From: Giardia intestinalis
Taxonomy: Eukaryota
Assembly: GCA_000002435.2 (NCBI GenBank)
Contig: CM018793.1
Strand: one strand, 5' to 3'
Length of the DNA stretch: 64,000 nt
Part shown: positions 50,864 to 61,800 of the stretch, piece after piece
Numbering within the stretch: position 1 is the stretch's first letter
How the letters are laid out: every line of letters starts with the position of its first letter
Translations under genes and position numbers: made by a program
Notes under the pieces: generated by a model
Seen by the model: only the letters and a program-made list of their open reading frames with translations
Told to the model about the DNA's origin: nothing
The model's database searches: none

Positions 50864-52511
50864 GCATAGAGACGTGTATTCTAATAGGTCGTTTCCTTTA
50901 TGCATAGTCAGCAATGTCATTGACGCAAGTTTTGCTTGTACATTAAGCCTATTGCATGTGCTATCAACCCTCTCACAGATTTACTTTTGGCTCCTGGCTA
51001 CTACAGCTCTGTGTGCTTGCACCCATTACTCGCATTTTCCGACGGAGTTAGATGACAGTCAGACATCAGTGCACTTCAGTATGACCGAGACAGGTTTGTG
51101 CAAGTACATAGCCAGCGGATTTGATATTGCACCAATGGCTGCTCAGGGCGTCGCTGGAATGGAGATGGATCTCACCATAGGTGTAATTAAAGTCAAGGTA
51201 TCGGATTTGTCCGTGAATGAGCTATCAGTTGAGAGCTATAAAACCCCCCTCATTGAAAATGCAGATAGTCGCTATGTTGAGTTTACTGGAATTACCATTG
51301 AAATTCAGTTGAAAATCGCTGTTACTGTCTTGCTTGTCCCCATGGAGGCTGTGATCTCGATTGGGATACCGCGTGCGAACGGCTACGCTTCCGGCCAAGT
51401 TGATATCAGCAACACGTGTCCTTACCATATATCTATAGACATCACTAACACGAAGATTGATTTTGATGAGATCACTCTTCAAGTTGTTGATGGGGATTCA
51501 GGGCTGTTGGGGTCGTTCTTACCTGGCTTCAAGTCTCAGATAGAGTCGGTCTTGAAGGGCGACCAGATGTCTTCTACTATGGCACAGGCATTCAATGCGA
51601 TCAAAGATGGGATGGAGAGTAGTGCCGACTACATTATCAACTTCTATGAGGACTCGGCAAAGAAGAAGACGCTCGTTGATGTACGCTATACTGGGTTTCT
51701 TTGGGGTCGTAACTTAGTCACGTTGAAGGCAGGTGGATACACTTATCCGTTTCTTGATGCTGGTGCCGATGGCTCCACACAGATACATTATGAAGGACAA
51801 CGAGAGACAGCGACTATGCCAACACAACTAAATGACAAGGACTGGCAGTTTATCATTGATGTGTCCGCATTTAAGTCTAACCTGGACGTGAACAATCGAG
51901 AAGCAAAGCTTTACGATGTCCAGTTCCGGTCTGACGACCTTAAATCTGTTTTTGGTAAAGCGTCGGCACCGGGTCATCTGATGGTGGCCGTTACAAACAA
52001 CGCCTCTCCAACTGTGTTAAAGGTAGGGGGCGCGGGCCTCAAGTGCTCTTTTGACATCACCGCAAAGATGTGGATTACCAAGAGTGATACGGACATGGAG
52101 AAGCAAGAGGATATTGGGTCTGTGCACCTTGTTTTTAGTGGTCTGGCGGCAGTCGGAGCAGACCAGTATCTCTGGACGGAGACTCTGAACACTACCATAA
52201 TATATCCTTCCTTTGAACAAATAATAGACATTAAGGGAGAAGTGTTGGAGAACCACGCTTCGTTTACACCAGGGGATGAGTACTGGTATAAGGAGATAGG
52301 CTCTGCCCTGGAGGTGGATTATTTCGGTGCACTCCACCCTATTCTTAGAAGGACCGGTCTTACATGGACTAATTTGAATTTTGCTAATTTCTCCGGTGTC
52401 CAGATAGTGTACCTCCCCGAGACGCTGGTCCTTGTCAGTGGGGACTTCTTTGACACTGCTGCTTCTGCAAGTAGTAGGGGTCACAGACGGCAGCCCCTTT
52501 CTCTTCGCTAA
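50787..52511 (+). CDS. Hypothetical secreted or membrane protein; possible BPI/LBP/TULIP-like lipid-binding fold
   Basis: This is a 574-aa ORF. It has long runs of alternating beta-strand pattern. The segment TCPYHISIDITNTKIDF...GLLGSFLPGFKSQIESVLKGDQMSSTMAQAFNAI resembles the Cys-containing strand plus helix of the BPI N-domain. The start is uncertain: 50787 overlaps RPR2 by 77 nt, and the next candidate ATGs are 50817 and 51081. Confidence 0.65.
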   Translation: MPKLKNLKLFMKHIGLHKNLGHKAYEHRDVYSNRSFPLCIVSNVIDASFACTLSLLHVLSTLSQIYFWLLATTALCACTHYSHFPTELDDSQTSVHFSMTETGLCKYIASGFDIAPMAAQGVAGMEMDLTIGVIKVKVSDLSVNELSVESYKTPLIENADSRYVEFTGITIEIQLKIAVTVLLVPMEAVISIGIPRANGYASGQVDISNTCPYHISIDITNTKIDFDEITLQVVDGDSGLLGSFLPGFKSQIESVLKGDQMSSTMAQAFNAIKDGMESSADYIINFYEDSAKKKTLVDVRYTGFLWGRNLVTLKAGGYTYPFLDAGADGSTQIHYEGQRETATMPTQLNDKDWQFIIDVSAFKSNLDVNNREAKLYDVQFRSDDLKSVFGKASAPGHLMVAVTNNASPTVLKVGGAGLKCSFDITAKMWITKSDTDMEKQEDIGSVHLVFSGLAAVGADQYLWTETLNTTIIYPSFEQIIDIKGEVLENHASFTPGDEYWYKEIGSALEVDYFGALHPILRRTGLTWTNLNFANFSGVQIVYLPETLVLVSGDFFDTAASASSRGHRRQPLSLR

Positions 52512-52597
52512 TGTGTGAAAGACCACTGTGAGTGCAAACACTGCCTTTGATGTTCTGGCTTGTGTAAATATGTCTTCTATTAAGTACTACCACTTTA

Positions 52598-53110
52598 CTA
52601 GTCCCAAAATGCTCCTAGGGCTTTAGATTCTTTGAGAAATGTATCTTTCCACGTCATGACTCTCTTTAAGGAAATGTACTCTTGGCCTCCATGAGTAACA
52701 ATAGAAGGTGCTAGATAACGCTTAAAGTGGTCAACCATCTTGATAGTGGCTCGGTTCAAAAGAGTGAGCTCATAGTCAGTTGGCTGATACGGTAGGTTCT
52801 GGTCCACAGACTCTAAAGGAACCAAGGTCAAGCAAAGAGAGAATGGCAGCTCTGCCTTATTAAGCCGCTCTAACCCAGTGACAAACGTAATGCTAGGAGA
52901 ATACTCTGTCAGGTAACCAATCTTCTCGTAAAATCCATCAGCAGAAACAGCAACCTCGACGGCGCAACTGGTCAAGCTGGCAGGGGTAAATGTAAAAACG
53001 CTGATGTTTCCGAGGCCGAAGGAATTAGGAAACGAAAGAACATAGTTCCCTTCTGTGGTCTGCTGGAATTGGTCTGAGTACCCCAGATGACAAACAACGC
53101 AGCCAAACAT
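52598..53110 (-). CDS. Hikeshi/OPI10 (DUF775) family protein
   Basis: This is a 170-aa ORF. It starts with MFGC as in Hikeshi. Its C-terminal KRVMTWKDTFLKESKALGAFWD parallels LKWYENFQRRLAQNPLFWK. Confidence 0.75.
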   Translation of the reverse strand: MFGCVVCHLGYSDQFQQTTEGNYVLSFPNSFGLGNISVFTFTPASLTSCAVEVAVSADGFYEKIGYLTEYSPSITFVTGLERLNKAELPFSLCLTLVPLESVDQNLPYQPTDYELTLLNRATIKMVDHFKRYLAPSIVTHGGQEYISLKRVMTWKDTFLKESKALGAFWD

Positions 53111-53179
53111 GGCAGGTCCAGATCAATCTTTATTAATTTAAAATTTCTTTTTTGAGACAAAGACCACCCTCCCCGTTCT

Positions 53180-54340
53180 ATGATTGACATCCAGGCAAAG
53201 ATTCGACACCAGGCACTCAGCAACGCTGCCGCGCTCAAAGAGGTCGGGGAATTTGTTGAGCGTATCTCCAAGAAGGACGAGGAAGCCACACACGCTGCCG
53301 CCACATTTGATCCATCGACCGTTAAAGTGCCCCCCATCCGGTGCTATGAGATTCCACTTGAGGAAGAAAAATCGGGGCTGTACACCGCTGAAGAGTATAA
53401 GGCTGTTGGTAACAAGCTGTTTGGAGAGCGCAAGTTTGAGAAGGCATTGGACTACTACGAGTGTGCCGGACGCATAGACCCAGGTATGGCGGCTGCCTTT
53501 GGGAATGCAGGCCTCTGCTACCAAAAGCTTAAGCGCGAAGATGAGGCCCTTGCCTCCTTCTCACGAGCTATAGGGATAGACCCTCAATATACGAAGATAC
53601 TCGTAAGACGTGGACGTCTGTATCTAGATCGAGGAGACTACCAAGCCTCATACGCCGACCTGTCCTTGGCACTCACTCTCCTTCCTGAGAAGGGGCGACA
53701 GGAGGTGCAGCAGGACTTAGAGCTTGTTAAATCAAAGTTAGTACCGGTGACTACTGTCACTACTACCACTGTAGGAGCAGCCGATATATTTGCTACTCAA
53801 AACACAGCAAGCAGAGGGAAATCCATCGCCATAGACATGAGCTGTCTCGATGAGGCGGTCGAGTCAAAGTCTCCCATAGGCTCTCCGTCACGCCCAACAG
53901 CCGTTCGGTTACGAGATTGCAAGAGAAACATCCCTTCCAACAAAGCCAAGCCTTCCGTTCCTCCTCCACCAACTTCAGCATTTTCTTTGTATAGCGACGT
54001 GCTTCATCTAAGTGAGCACTTGGACGTCTTGGCAGAATATCTTAACTCCTTCCACAGTGCGGTATTAGAATCTTACCTGTCAAGCCAGTTGACTGATAAG
54101 GAAATCAAGAGCATCGTGGCTGCCATTGGCCTACACAAGCTTTCCGCAAAGAAAACCATCAATACCCTTTATGCACTGACTCGCTTACCAAATCTCTCCT
54201 TCCTAAGCCCCTTTTTGTCAGAGGAGATAAAAACGACCATGCGTGCTACTCTTGAGTGGGCATTGCATCAGATTCCAGAGGACCAGGCTGAAGTATATAA
54301 TGAGAGAAACGATGAGGTGCGCGAGGCCTTTTGTCTCTAG
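53180..54340 (+). CDS. TPR protein, RPAP3/Tah1-like (R2TP co-chaperone family)
   Basis: The N-terminal AALKEVGEFVERISKKDEEA...VPPIR parallels the RPAP3 N-terminus. Three TPR motifs follow (YKAVGNKLFGERKFEKALDYYECAGRIDP, and so on). A C-terminal helical domain is present. Confidence 0.65.
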   Translation: MIDIQAKIRHQALSNAAALKEVGEFVERISKKDEEATHAAATFDPSTVKVPPIRCYEIPLEEEKSGLYTAEEYKAVGNKLFGERKFEKALDYYECAGRIDPGMAAAFGNAGLCYQKLKREDEALASFSRAIGIDPQYTKILVRRGRLYLDRGDYQASYADLSLALTLLPEKGRQEVQQDLELVKSKLVPVTTVTTTTVGAADIFATQNTASRGKSIAIDMSCLDEAVESKSPIGSPSRPTAVRLRDCKRNIPSNKAKPSVPPPPTSAFSLYSDVLHLSEHLDVLAEYLNSFHSAVLESYLSSQLTDKEIKSIVAAIGLHKLSAKKTINTLYALTRLPNLSFLSPFLSEEIKTTMRATLEWALHQIPEDQAEVYNERNDEVREAFCL

Positions 54341-54535
54341 TTGTACTCGTATCTGTGTCCTGAGAGGGACATAGATCGATCCCTGAAGCCGTGTAGGTGT
54401 AAGAACCTATAGCAGCACGTTCTAAAGTAAACAGCCAGGTTTTAAAAGCACCCACTATTTACAGTCCCCCCGAAGGATAGAAAAATGAAGTAAGATAGAA
54501 CTAGTCTCCCATCATAGCTGAGTTGAAGTTGAGAA

Positions 54536-55663
54536 TCAATACACATCAACGTCCATCTGCTGACGTCGGATGTTGGCAGCTGCATCTTTGATTAGAGAAG
54601 GTGGTAAACTGATCCCCTTCGCCTTAAGCATTTGGCGAAGCTCGGTGACCTCTATTTTAGGATGCTCAGCTAAGATAGCTGCGATTGTTGAGTGCATTTC
54701 GGGGGAAACAACCTTCTTGGATCTCCGCCCCCTCGGCCCCACCTCAAGCTGACCACAATCTCGGAACTTTCTAACGATGTTTATTGCTGCACTATACTTT
54801 AGGTTGAGTTGCTTCACTGCTGATTGCACGTTCATCCCATCAATGCACACCATGTGAATAAGCCGCTCACGCGTTTCCTGGGGTATGATTAAATACTCTC
54901 TTTTGTTGCTAGCTGATCTCCCTCGTTGAGGGATATGAATAGAATGATCTTCAGGGCCAAGCTCACTAATGCTTAGTTGGTCATGTTCGTGGATTTGATT
55001 CTGGTTATAATCTTGGTGACCGTTGTTCTCTTCTGGCATGGTGTTGATCCCTAAAGTGAGGCTAAGCTTAGGATCAGAAGCCGGTCCATGATCATGAGGC
55101 AGGTCAGGGTCGTGGACAAGAGTGATAGTATTATCGGGAGCCGAGTTAGAATCGGAGCCGAGGCTAGTGCCAATCCGCTGCTCAACGTGCTTAACTATGC
55201 CTTGCTGATTTTGGCCAGGACCCAGATTGGCGGGTGGCATGAAGTCATCTCTGAAGAGCTGCCCATTGTCGACTTGCGGTAGCTCAAAGACATGATCCAT
55301 GTCTGGTCTATAGAATGTACAGCCCATGCTCCTTTTCCCGCTGCTGCTAGATAGCGATACATTAATCGATGGTGGGTCATTCAACCCTATTCGACTGGCC
55401 TTCAGAGAAGATGAATGCGAGCTAGGAGTGCTGCCATTTGAGCCTATATCTTTAAAAACAGGTAACATGTCACCATCTCCAGGGATAGCTGAGATGGTGG
55501 ATCGCCGCAAATTCCGAGCGGATGTGATAAGCCCCGGGGGCAACTGTCTAAACAATGGGGAGGTTAATTCCCGACTAAGCTCGGTCATCAGGTCTGTACC
55601 GCTTCCTGAGAAGACAGGAGCATGCTCATCATACTCGGACATTGGCAATGTATAGGTGAGCAA
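54536..55663 (-). CDS. Pax-like protein with a C-terminal bipartite paired/Tc1-type HTH domain
   Basis: This is a 375-aa ORF. IIPQETRERLIHMVCIDGMNVQSAVKQLNLKYSAAINIVRKFRDCGQLEVGPRGRRSKKVVSPEMHSTIAAILAEHPKIEVTELRQMLKAKGISLPPSLI is collinear with the PAI and RED subdomains of paired domains. The N-terminal 250 aa are low-complexity. Confidence 0.6.
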   Translation of the reverse strand: MLTYTLPMSEYDEHAPVFSGSGTDLMTELSRELTSPLFRQLPPGLITSARNLRRSTISAIPGDGDMLPVFKDIGSNGSTPSSHSSSLKASRIGLNDPPSINVSLSSSSGKRSMGCTFYRPDMDHVFELPQVDNGQLFRDDFMPPANLGPGQNQQGIVKHVEQRIGTSLGSDSNSAPDNTITLVHDPDLPHDHGPASDPKLSLTLGINTMPEENNGHQDYNQNQIHEHDQLSISELGPEDHSIHIPQRGRSASNKREYLIIPQETRERLIHMVCIDGMNVQSAVKQLNLKYSAAINIVRKFRDCGQLEVGPRGRRSKKVVSPEMHSTIAAILAEHPKIEVTELRQMLKAKGISLPPSLIKDAAANIRRQQMDVDVY

Positions 55664-55745
55664 GACCGAGAGGTCTGCAACCGACAGGTATTTTTTTAGG
55701 CTGACGAATCAGAAGACGGTTTACTTTGGACGGGGGTATACAATC

Positions 55746-56462
55746 TTAGATAAAAGATCCAGGAGTACTGAGCAGGGACGTACCTTCAGGTTGGAGGATG
55801 CCCGAGTTTGGTTTTATGGGCGCGGAGGATCTCTTTTGCCTTTTAATGAGGAAATAGAAAGCCAGAGTTGTCATAACTGCACAGAGAAGTACGGTGACTA
55901 TCACTGAGATGGCTACGGCTGCGCCTGCCGAAAGACACTTATCAGAATTTCCAAAACCTGCACAGATGCAATCTCCATAGGCCATAGTCCACCCATTCTT
56001 GCATGATACGCAGTGTTCTCGCTCTCTGTCGTACGAGTCGTTATATCGAAAGCACATTCCTCGACTCAGAGATCGATAGCAGCCGTTCCCGATTTTCTGA
56101 TACCCTTTGCTACAATCGTGACACGTTGGGACAATCTGGTCTCCCTCATGCTTAAGGTTGCAGTTTCCAAATTCAAACTGCTTCCAGCAACTTTTATCTA
56201 TAAGGACGTGGTCGTTCGTGCAAGCCGTACATCTGATTTCCTCGTCATTATAATGAAAGCAATTCTCGTTGAAGCAATATGTGCATGTAGGGTAGCACAA
56301 TCTGTCCGCGTCAGTGTCTTGGGGATTCACGTAGGGCGTGTATCCTACCTGGCACGTGCAAGCGTCTGTACCCGCACCAGTTATGCAAGGAGCGGGATCA
56401 GTTGCACCTTTAAATCTATATGGCAGAAGCCACAGTGTAGCTGCAACTAGAGTAGCAGCCAT
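55746..56462 (-). CDS. Cysteine-rich type-I membrane protein (high-cysteine membrane protein / VSP-like, without a CRGKA tail)
   Basis: This is a 238-aa ORF. It has a hydrophobic N-terminal signal and many Cys residues, including the CXXC motifs CTYC, CTAC, CHDC and CVSC. It has one C-terminal TM helix (AAVAISVIVTVLLCAVMTTLAFYFLI) and a basic cytoplasmic tail. Confidence 0.75.
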   Translation of the reverse strand: MAATLVAATLWLLPYRFKGATDPAPCITGAGTDACTCQVGYTPYVNPQDTDADRLCYPTCTYCFNENCFHYNDEEIRCTACTNDHVLIDKSCWKQFEFGNCNLKHEGDQIVPTCHDCSKGYQKIGNGCYRSLSRGMCFRYNDSYDREREHCVSCKNGWTMAYGDCICAGFGNSDKCLSAGAAVAISVIVTVLLCAVMTTLAFYFLIKRQKRSSAPIKPNSGILQPEGTSLLSTPGSFI

Positions 56463-56602
56463 CTATAAACAAGCGAGAGATTTATTTTCCCTTACAAGAG
56501 AAAAGATTTGCTTTCTAAACTCAGAGAGAGGCCCTTAGTGTAAAATAGTAGAGTAAAGTTAAGGCAGATCAAGGCGGAGTACCTTTTACACGCTATAGTA
56601 AT

Positions 56603-57652
56603 TTACATCATCCTTTTAGCGGCTTCAGCTATGTTTTCTAGACAGGGTCTTTCCGCTGGGTCTATAGATAGACAGGCGTTTAAGACGTGCCTCAATTCAT
56701 CACTAAATTGGCTCTGTGACTGTTGCATCACGTTCGGGCTACCATTATTAGATGGAATCTGCTTCGTAGGAAGCCTTGTAGGAAGTTCGATGGGCCTGGG
56801 AAGACGTGTTATGCTTAAGTAGAGGTCTATTTCGCGTCCTGTGGTAAATGGGCGCTTCTTGAAGATCAGCTCGTACAAGTAGCAGCCAAGGGCCCATATA
56901 TCGCCCGACAGAAGAGTATTTGTCGCTCCAGGGACGCTGTCACCGTTGCTGTTGGTTTCAAGTTGCTCGGGCGCCTTGTACAAGTCTATGGCTACGGATA
57001 TGTGCAGATTTAGGGGTGCGGTTATTTTCAGCTCTGACGACATCCCCACATCCATGAGCTTCACACTCCCATCTTTGTCCAGGTATATGTTTTCGGGCTT
57101 AAGAGAGGCATGTGCCACAGGGCCCCTACCAAGGGGGTTTCCGTGCAAATATCTGAGCGCGGACACTATCTGACTCAAGGTCTTCCATATCATGGACTCA
57201 GTCATGGGCTCGTGGCTTCCAGAAGCACCCATGCTCTCTCTCAAGCTGGGACGGGCCTCATCACGCGAAACTAGCTCTCTAGCGTCCCCGAGGAGAGGGG
57301 AGATAATGTACAATCGAAGGATAGTTGAATCATATATGGCATCGATGGGCGAATTGATGTTTGGATGGCATAGCTGCAGCTGGATACTCGCACACTCAAG
57401 GAGCTGCTTTTGATGAGGCTCAGTATACATGTCACAAGGTATTTCTTTGCATGCAAAAACCGTTTTGGTATTTTTCTTACGAACGACATATACGCGGCCG
57501 TGTGGACCCAGGCCCACCGAGGCTGACATTATGAAGTACGTTTTTGTCTCATCACTATAAGGGTTTAGTTTGACAGTCTTTTCAACAGGGATTTCCTCTT
57601 TATCATAATACTCAGCCAGGCTACCACTCCTAATCCCCGCGGGAAACGCCAT
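56603..57652 (-). CDS. NEK-like Ser/Thr kinase homologue, probable pseudokinase
   Basis: This is a 349-aa ORF. Its kinase fold shows FACKEI, LYKAPEQL and DIWALGCYLYEL. The catalytic loop reads HASLKPEN, so the HRD Asp is Ser. DFG reads DVG. Confidence 0.8.
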   Translation of the reverse strand: MAFPAGIRSGSLAEYYDKEEIPVEKTVKLNPYSDETKTYFIMSASVGLGPHGRVYVVRKKNTKTVFACKEIPCDMYTEPHQKQLLECASIQLQLCHPNINSPIDAIYDSTILRLYIISPLLGDARELVSRDEARPSLRESMGASGSHEPMTESMIWKTLSQIVSALRYLHGNPLGRGPVAHASLKPENIYLDKDGSVKLMDVGMSSELKITAPLNLHISVAIDLYKAPEQLETNSNGDSVPGATNTLLSGDIWALGCYLYELIFKKRPFTTGREIDLYLSITRLPRPIELPTRLPTKQIPSNNGSPNVMQQSQSQFSDELRHVLNACLSIDPAERPCLENIAEAAKRMM

Positions 57653-57718
57653 CTAGCGACCTTTTTTTGTTTACATGTAAATATTTAGTGTTTTAGATGT
57701 GGCGTCGATGCAGCACCG

Positions 57719-58624
57719 CTACCGCCTCCCAACGTGCATGGCCCGCATCAAGACCACTAACATACCCACGACATCGGAGTATATCTTCAAGGTGTATTTG
57801 GCCCAATCAGAGCAAGTACTCTTATTGACTGCCAACCACACATCAACTATCAAAAACAAAGCATATACAAGGCAAATAAGGACAGAAACTACCACAGTGG
57901 TTATTGAGTAAGATTTTTGGCTCCCGAAGAGATTCCAAATGAAGAGCATGGGGTACAGTAGCCAGAGGAGCTGACTGCAGCAAATGGCTATCAGAATCAT
58001 CACCCAAACCTTTGTCTCGCTCTTAATGCACAGCGCTATAGATGTACAGAAGACCAAAATGAACAGAACACAGAGTAATGATGATCCAAAAACTATGATG
58101 TTGGTCACCATTGAAAGGCCGATAAAGAGTATGCTCGAGAAAACTGGCCCAATTATCAGCAGGGTGATCGTGCCACACTTTCCAATAGAATCCATGCAGC
58201 ACGAATTGATCATAGAAATTACGATATACCCTATGCAGCCGACAGCAATCAGGATTACCTCGGTGATAAAGTACGTATACAGTAGTTCAGGTGAAACGAC
58301 TCCGTTATGAACTTTGAAAATAACAGTCGTTACTAATATGTATAACCCGATTGTTAAGATTGCAGTTCCCATTATCATTATTGCCAGGGTCAAATATATC
58401 TTAATAGTCAATGATCGGCGGATTGATGTCTCAAAACCATTAACGGTCTGTTCATACAAACTGTTACTGCCTCTTGTGTTGACATTGCTCGTGTATTTGT
58501 GGCCATCCTCGATTCTATTCATTCTTAGCGTTTCCTCATTCTCCTGCCTTCTACTGAATCCAGCAGGAGCCAAATAGGGCTGGGGGCATCTCGCTTGGTC
58601 GTACGATGTCATGAGCTTCTCCAC
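57719..58624 (-). CDS. TMBIM/Bax-inhibitor-1 (Lifeguard) family membrane protein
   Basis: This is a 301-aa ORF with ~7 TM helices. SIRRSLTIKIYLTLAIMIMGTA parallels [21 protein letters not shown]. The C-terminal LIVDVW...YTLKIYSDVVGMLVVLMRAM parallels IIYDT...ISLYLDIINLFLHILRIL. Confidence 0.7.
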   Translation of the reverse strand: MEKLMTSYDQARCPQPYLAPAGFSRRQENEETLRMNRIEDGHKYTSNVNTRGSNSLYEQTVNGFETSIRRSLTIKIYLTLAIMIMGTAILTIGLYILVTTVIFKVHNGVVSPELLYTYFITEVILIAVGCIGYIVISMINSCCMDSIGKCGTITLLIIGPVFSSILFIGLSMVTNIIVFGSSLLCVLFILVFCTSIALCIKSETKVWVMILIAICCSQLLWLLYPMLFIWNLFGSQKSYSITTVVVSVLICLVYALFLIVDVWLAVNKSTCSDWAKYTLKIYSDVVGMLVVLMRAMHVGRR

Positions 58625-58877
58625 CTGATTTTTTAAATCTCTTTTTTAAACCTGCGATGTCTATCATTAATGCATAAAGTTATTAAGCAAATTGTAAAGC
58701 CTTTAGCCTTTCAGCAATTGTCTTTTAAATCAACACCTTGAGAACAAAACATAACGCATCAGCGGTTGAACCATGGCCATCTAGAACCAGTGCGCTGTAC
58801 ATACTATAAACCCTGTGCATACTATTTTTACACTCCTTCAACACATACGTTGCGGTGTTCAGCCAATTTTTCGGAAG

Positions 58878-61800
58878 TTATGTTGTCAAGAGAACATCTA
58901 AGAAAAACCTCGCTCCATATTCCTCGAGCTGCTCTCGGAGTGGCTTACTATTGGATTTTAGATCTCTATGTTGCGATAGAATAGATAATACATTGTTGAT
59001 ATGGCAGCCCCGGATGTAACTCAGCCCTGCCATGATCACGTCAGCCATTCTCTTGTACGCGCCCTTAAATCCGGTGCTACGATAGATGATGTCAAGCAAG
59101 GATTGAGCCAGATAATCGGCTGACCTTTGGGAGATAACTGCGGTATCGACTACGGCAATGTGCACTAGAGCGACGCGGGTAAACGTTAGAATGTTGATAA
59201 ACCCATGAGACGTGGGTGGGAATATCTGGAGAACTCGCCGGGCCACATAGAGTGCTTTTACGAGTAGGCCTGCTCGAGCATACGCCTCCAGCAGCACGGA
59301 GCAAACAAGCTTAGAGGGCAAGAGCGTTGCGTCGGAGCGCATGTATTGAATGCTTAATATCGAAATGCTGTCAAAGTCGGGAAGGGACTCCTTGTAGATT
59401 GCCTTGGCACCCTTGCTAGTAAAGGGAGTGGATTCAGAGTCGTCAGTGGGAGCCCCCTCTGACTTCTGTGTAGAGATAAAGGTAATGTTGTCCTTTTCAA
59501 GCAGTTCCGCCTCATTTCTAATTCTGAAATACTTGCAGCAGCACGCAATCACAAAGATGCATACATTGAATACGCATTCCTTTATAGCCACCATGTTGTT
59601 GTAAGCGACCTGGCACTCAAAGGCCAGCGTTTCCAGCTCACTAGCATTTCTGAAGGAGAGGAAAGCACTGGTCGCATAGAGGCACAGAGCGAGAGGCTGC
59701 GATATAACATTCTCTACCACATCGCTGGATAGGAGATAGATCGTCTGTTTGTACGAAATAAGGTGAGCACGCACGGTTTGATCAATGTGGGGAAGAATGT
59801 GTATTGACGTTAGCTCAAAGATGTAAGATAGTAGAGGAGGAATAAAGTTGTAACTCTGTAACGACCTCTCCGCAGAGCCCATTGTTTTTTGAGACTTTGT
59901 TTCTTCTAGCTGCAGCATCTCTGCAACGGCCTTCACAATGTGGAACATTGCGGCCTTGGGGAGCTCGTGAATGTAACTTGGAGCAATAGCTGCAAGAATC
60001 CCTATCATGGCAATTCCCTCAATTGTTGTCCCATACAAGAGGCACCGCTCCACCATAGCTGCTGCCAGTGACAAGTACAGCTCCGTTAAGTCCCGTAAGA
60101 AAAGCGCATAAAAGATAAGGAAGAGGAGCTTTTGGATGGATCTCTCCAGCAACGATGCCCTCTTCATATATTGCATAAGCGCATAGGGGGTCGAGGGAGA
60201 CTTCAGTGAGTCAAAAGCAACCATGATTGCAGCCTGTGGATGCGGCTTCAGTCCATTACCCTCAACAAGATTGGTAGTGAAGAGAAGAGAGAGGGTCGCA
60301 ACAATAGTGTCCCGGTGAATGCTTTTATTCATGGTTATCATAGGTAGGAAAGCGTTGATGTGCGCCTCATCTCCAAGCAACTTCTGCAGCATTGAGACAG
60401 CGATTGAGACAGCCCGCGCCGGCTTGTTACTCTGTATCATGCCCAGTGTCCACTCCCATATAAGTCCCAGCCAGTAATGCTTGTACACCTCATTTGATAG
60501 TTTGTCGGTTACATATGTGGACTGCACCAGATTGTATCTTGTGGTGAAGCGGATTGACTGTACCGAATAGCAGATGCTGTTTGCACATGTAAAGTTAAAT
60601 AGCAAGGGAAATGCATTGTACAACGCGGTAAGTTCAGAATCGGTACCGACCTGTATGGTCTCATTATACATTGTGTCAATCATGTCTGTCGGATCCGTCC
60701 CATTGGGGTCTGACTTTGAAACCAGGCTTTGGAGCGCATTTGGTTTACCAGGCAGAGCATCTGCATTGCCACTGGTAATGGGAGAGCTGTGGGCACTGTT
60801 AGGGTTTGAGAGTACACCTATGGTACACTTGAGTAGCGAGTCTAGGTCAAGGGAATTAGCAGTTTTGAACGTCAGCAGGGGCCTCTTCTGGGCAACAACC
60901 TTATAGTTCGACAGGGACCAGTTCTGCCTTTCCATTGGATTGAGACATAGCATGGCCATAGCAGTCCAGATTTCGTGCTCAGCTGACTTTGCCATTGAAA
61001 GGTATTTGCTGATGTCAGCAAAGCTCTTAGAGAGGATGTCGCATGCATATGTGTTTAGTCTCAGAAGTTCATACTGGTCATAAATGTCGAGCAATTTGCT
61101 TGCACACGGATTGAGGCACTTCAGAAGCTTGGTTATGTCCACAAAAAGTCCATCATATTGCTCTAGGAGACATGCCCGTGTGCTTGGTGTTCTGAGGTCG
61201 GCTTCCATTTGCTTAAGAAAAGCCTCTTGCTGTTGCCAGTTGTTTACCCCCATGTTATGGTCAAAAAAGAAGGTCTTGTGAGTGCGCAAAGCAATCCGTA
61301 ATGAAAGAGAGGCCTTGTTAATCTGAAGATCATTTAATGAAACATCTGCCGCCTTACCCGAAGCCCTCAATAGAGAAACAAAGTCCAAGTGGAGCTTTCT
61401 GATTAGTTCTCCCGTCTCCAGCTCTCTGGGATCATAGTTTCTTATATAGAGGGACGGCTTAAGGTCGGATTTTCTCTCCAAAACAGAGTCCCGTGCAATC
61501 CACCTCTTCCGAAGATATAGTGCGATCAGGAATAGCTTTTGGCTCATGCCAGATGTAAATGACTCTTCCAGAACCTTGCATAGACTGATATTATTAAACA
61601 GAAAAATGTAGCCTATCCGATTTGTAGATTTGTTAGGATTGTAGGGATTGTGGGCTAGGTCCACGCCATGGTCTGCACCTCCTTGTGCATAAAGCGGATG
61701 CCTAAGCTGTACAAATTGTGGGGCGCAAGAAATTAGATGCATATTAGAAAGCTCAGTGAGAGACGTGAGGATCACATCGTCGTTACTGTAATTGAGGGCA

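Noticed and set aside
52017-53524. ORFs of 121-174 aa at 52017-52541, 52972-53337 and 53138-53524 (-)
   Set aside because: They lie antisense to, or overlap, much longer ORFs with recognisable homology (the BPI-like gene, Hikeshi, the RPAP3-like gene), and their compositions are not protein-like.
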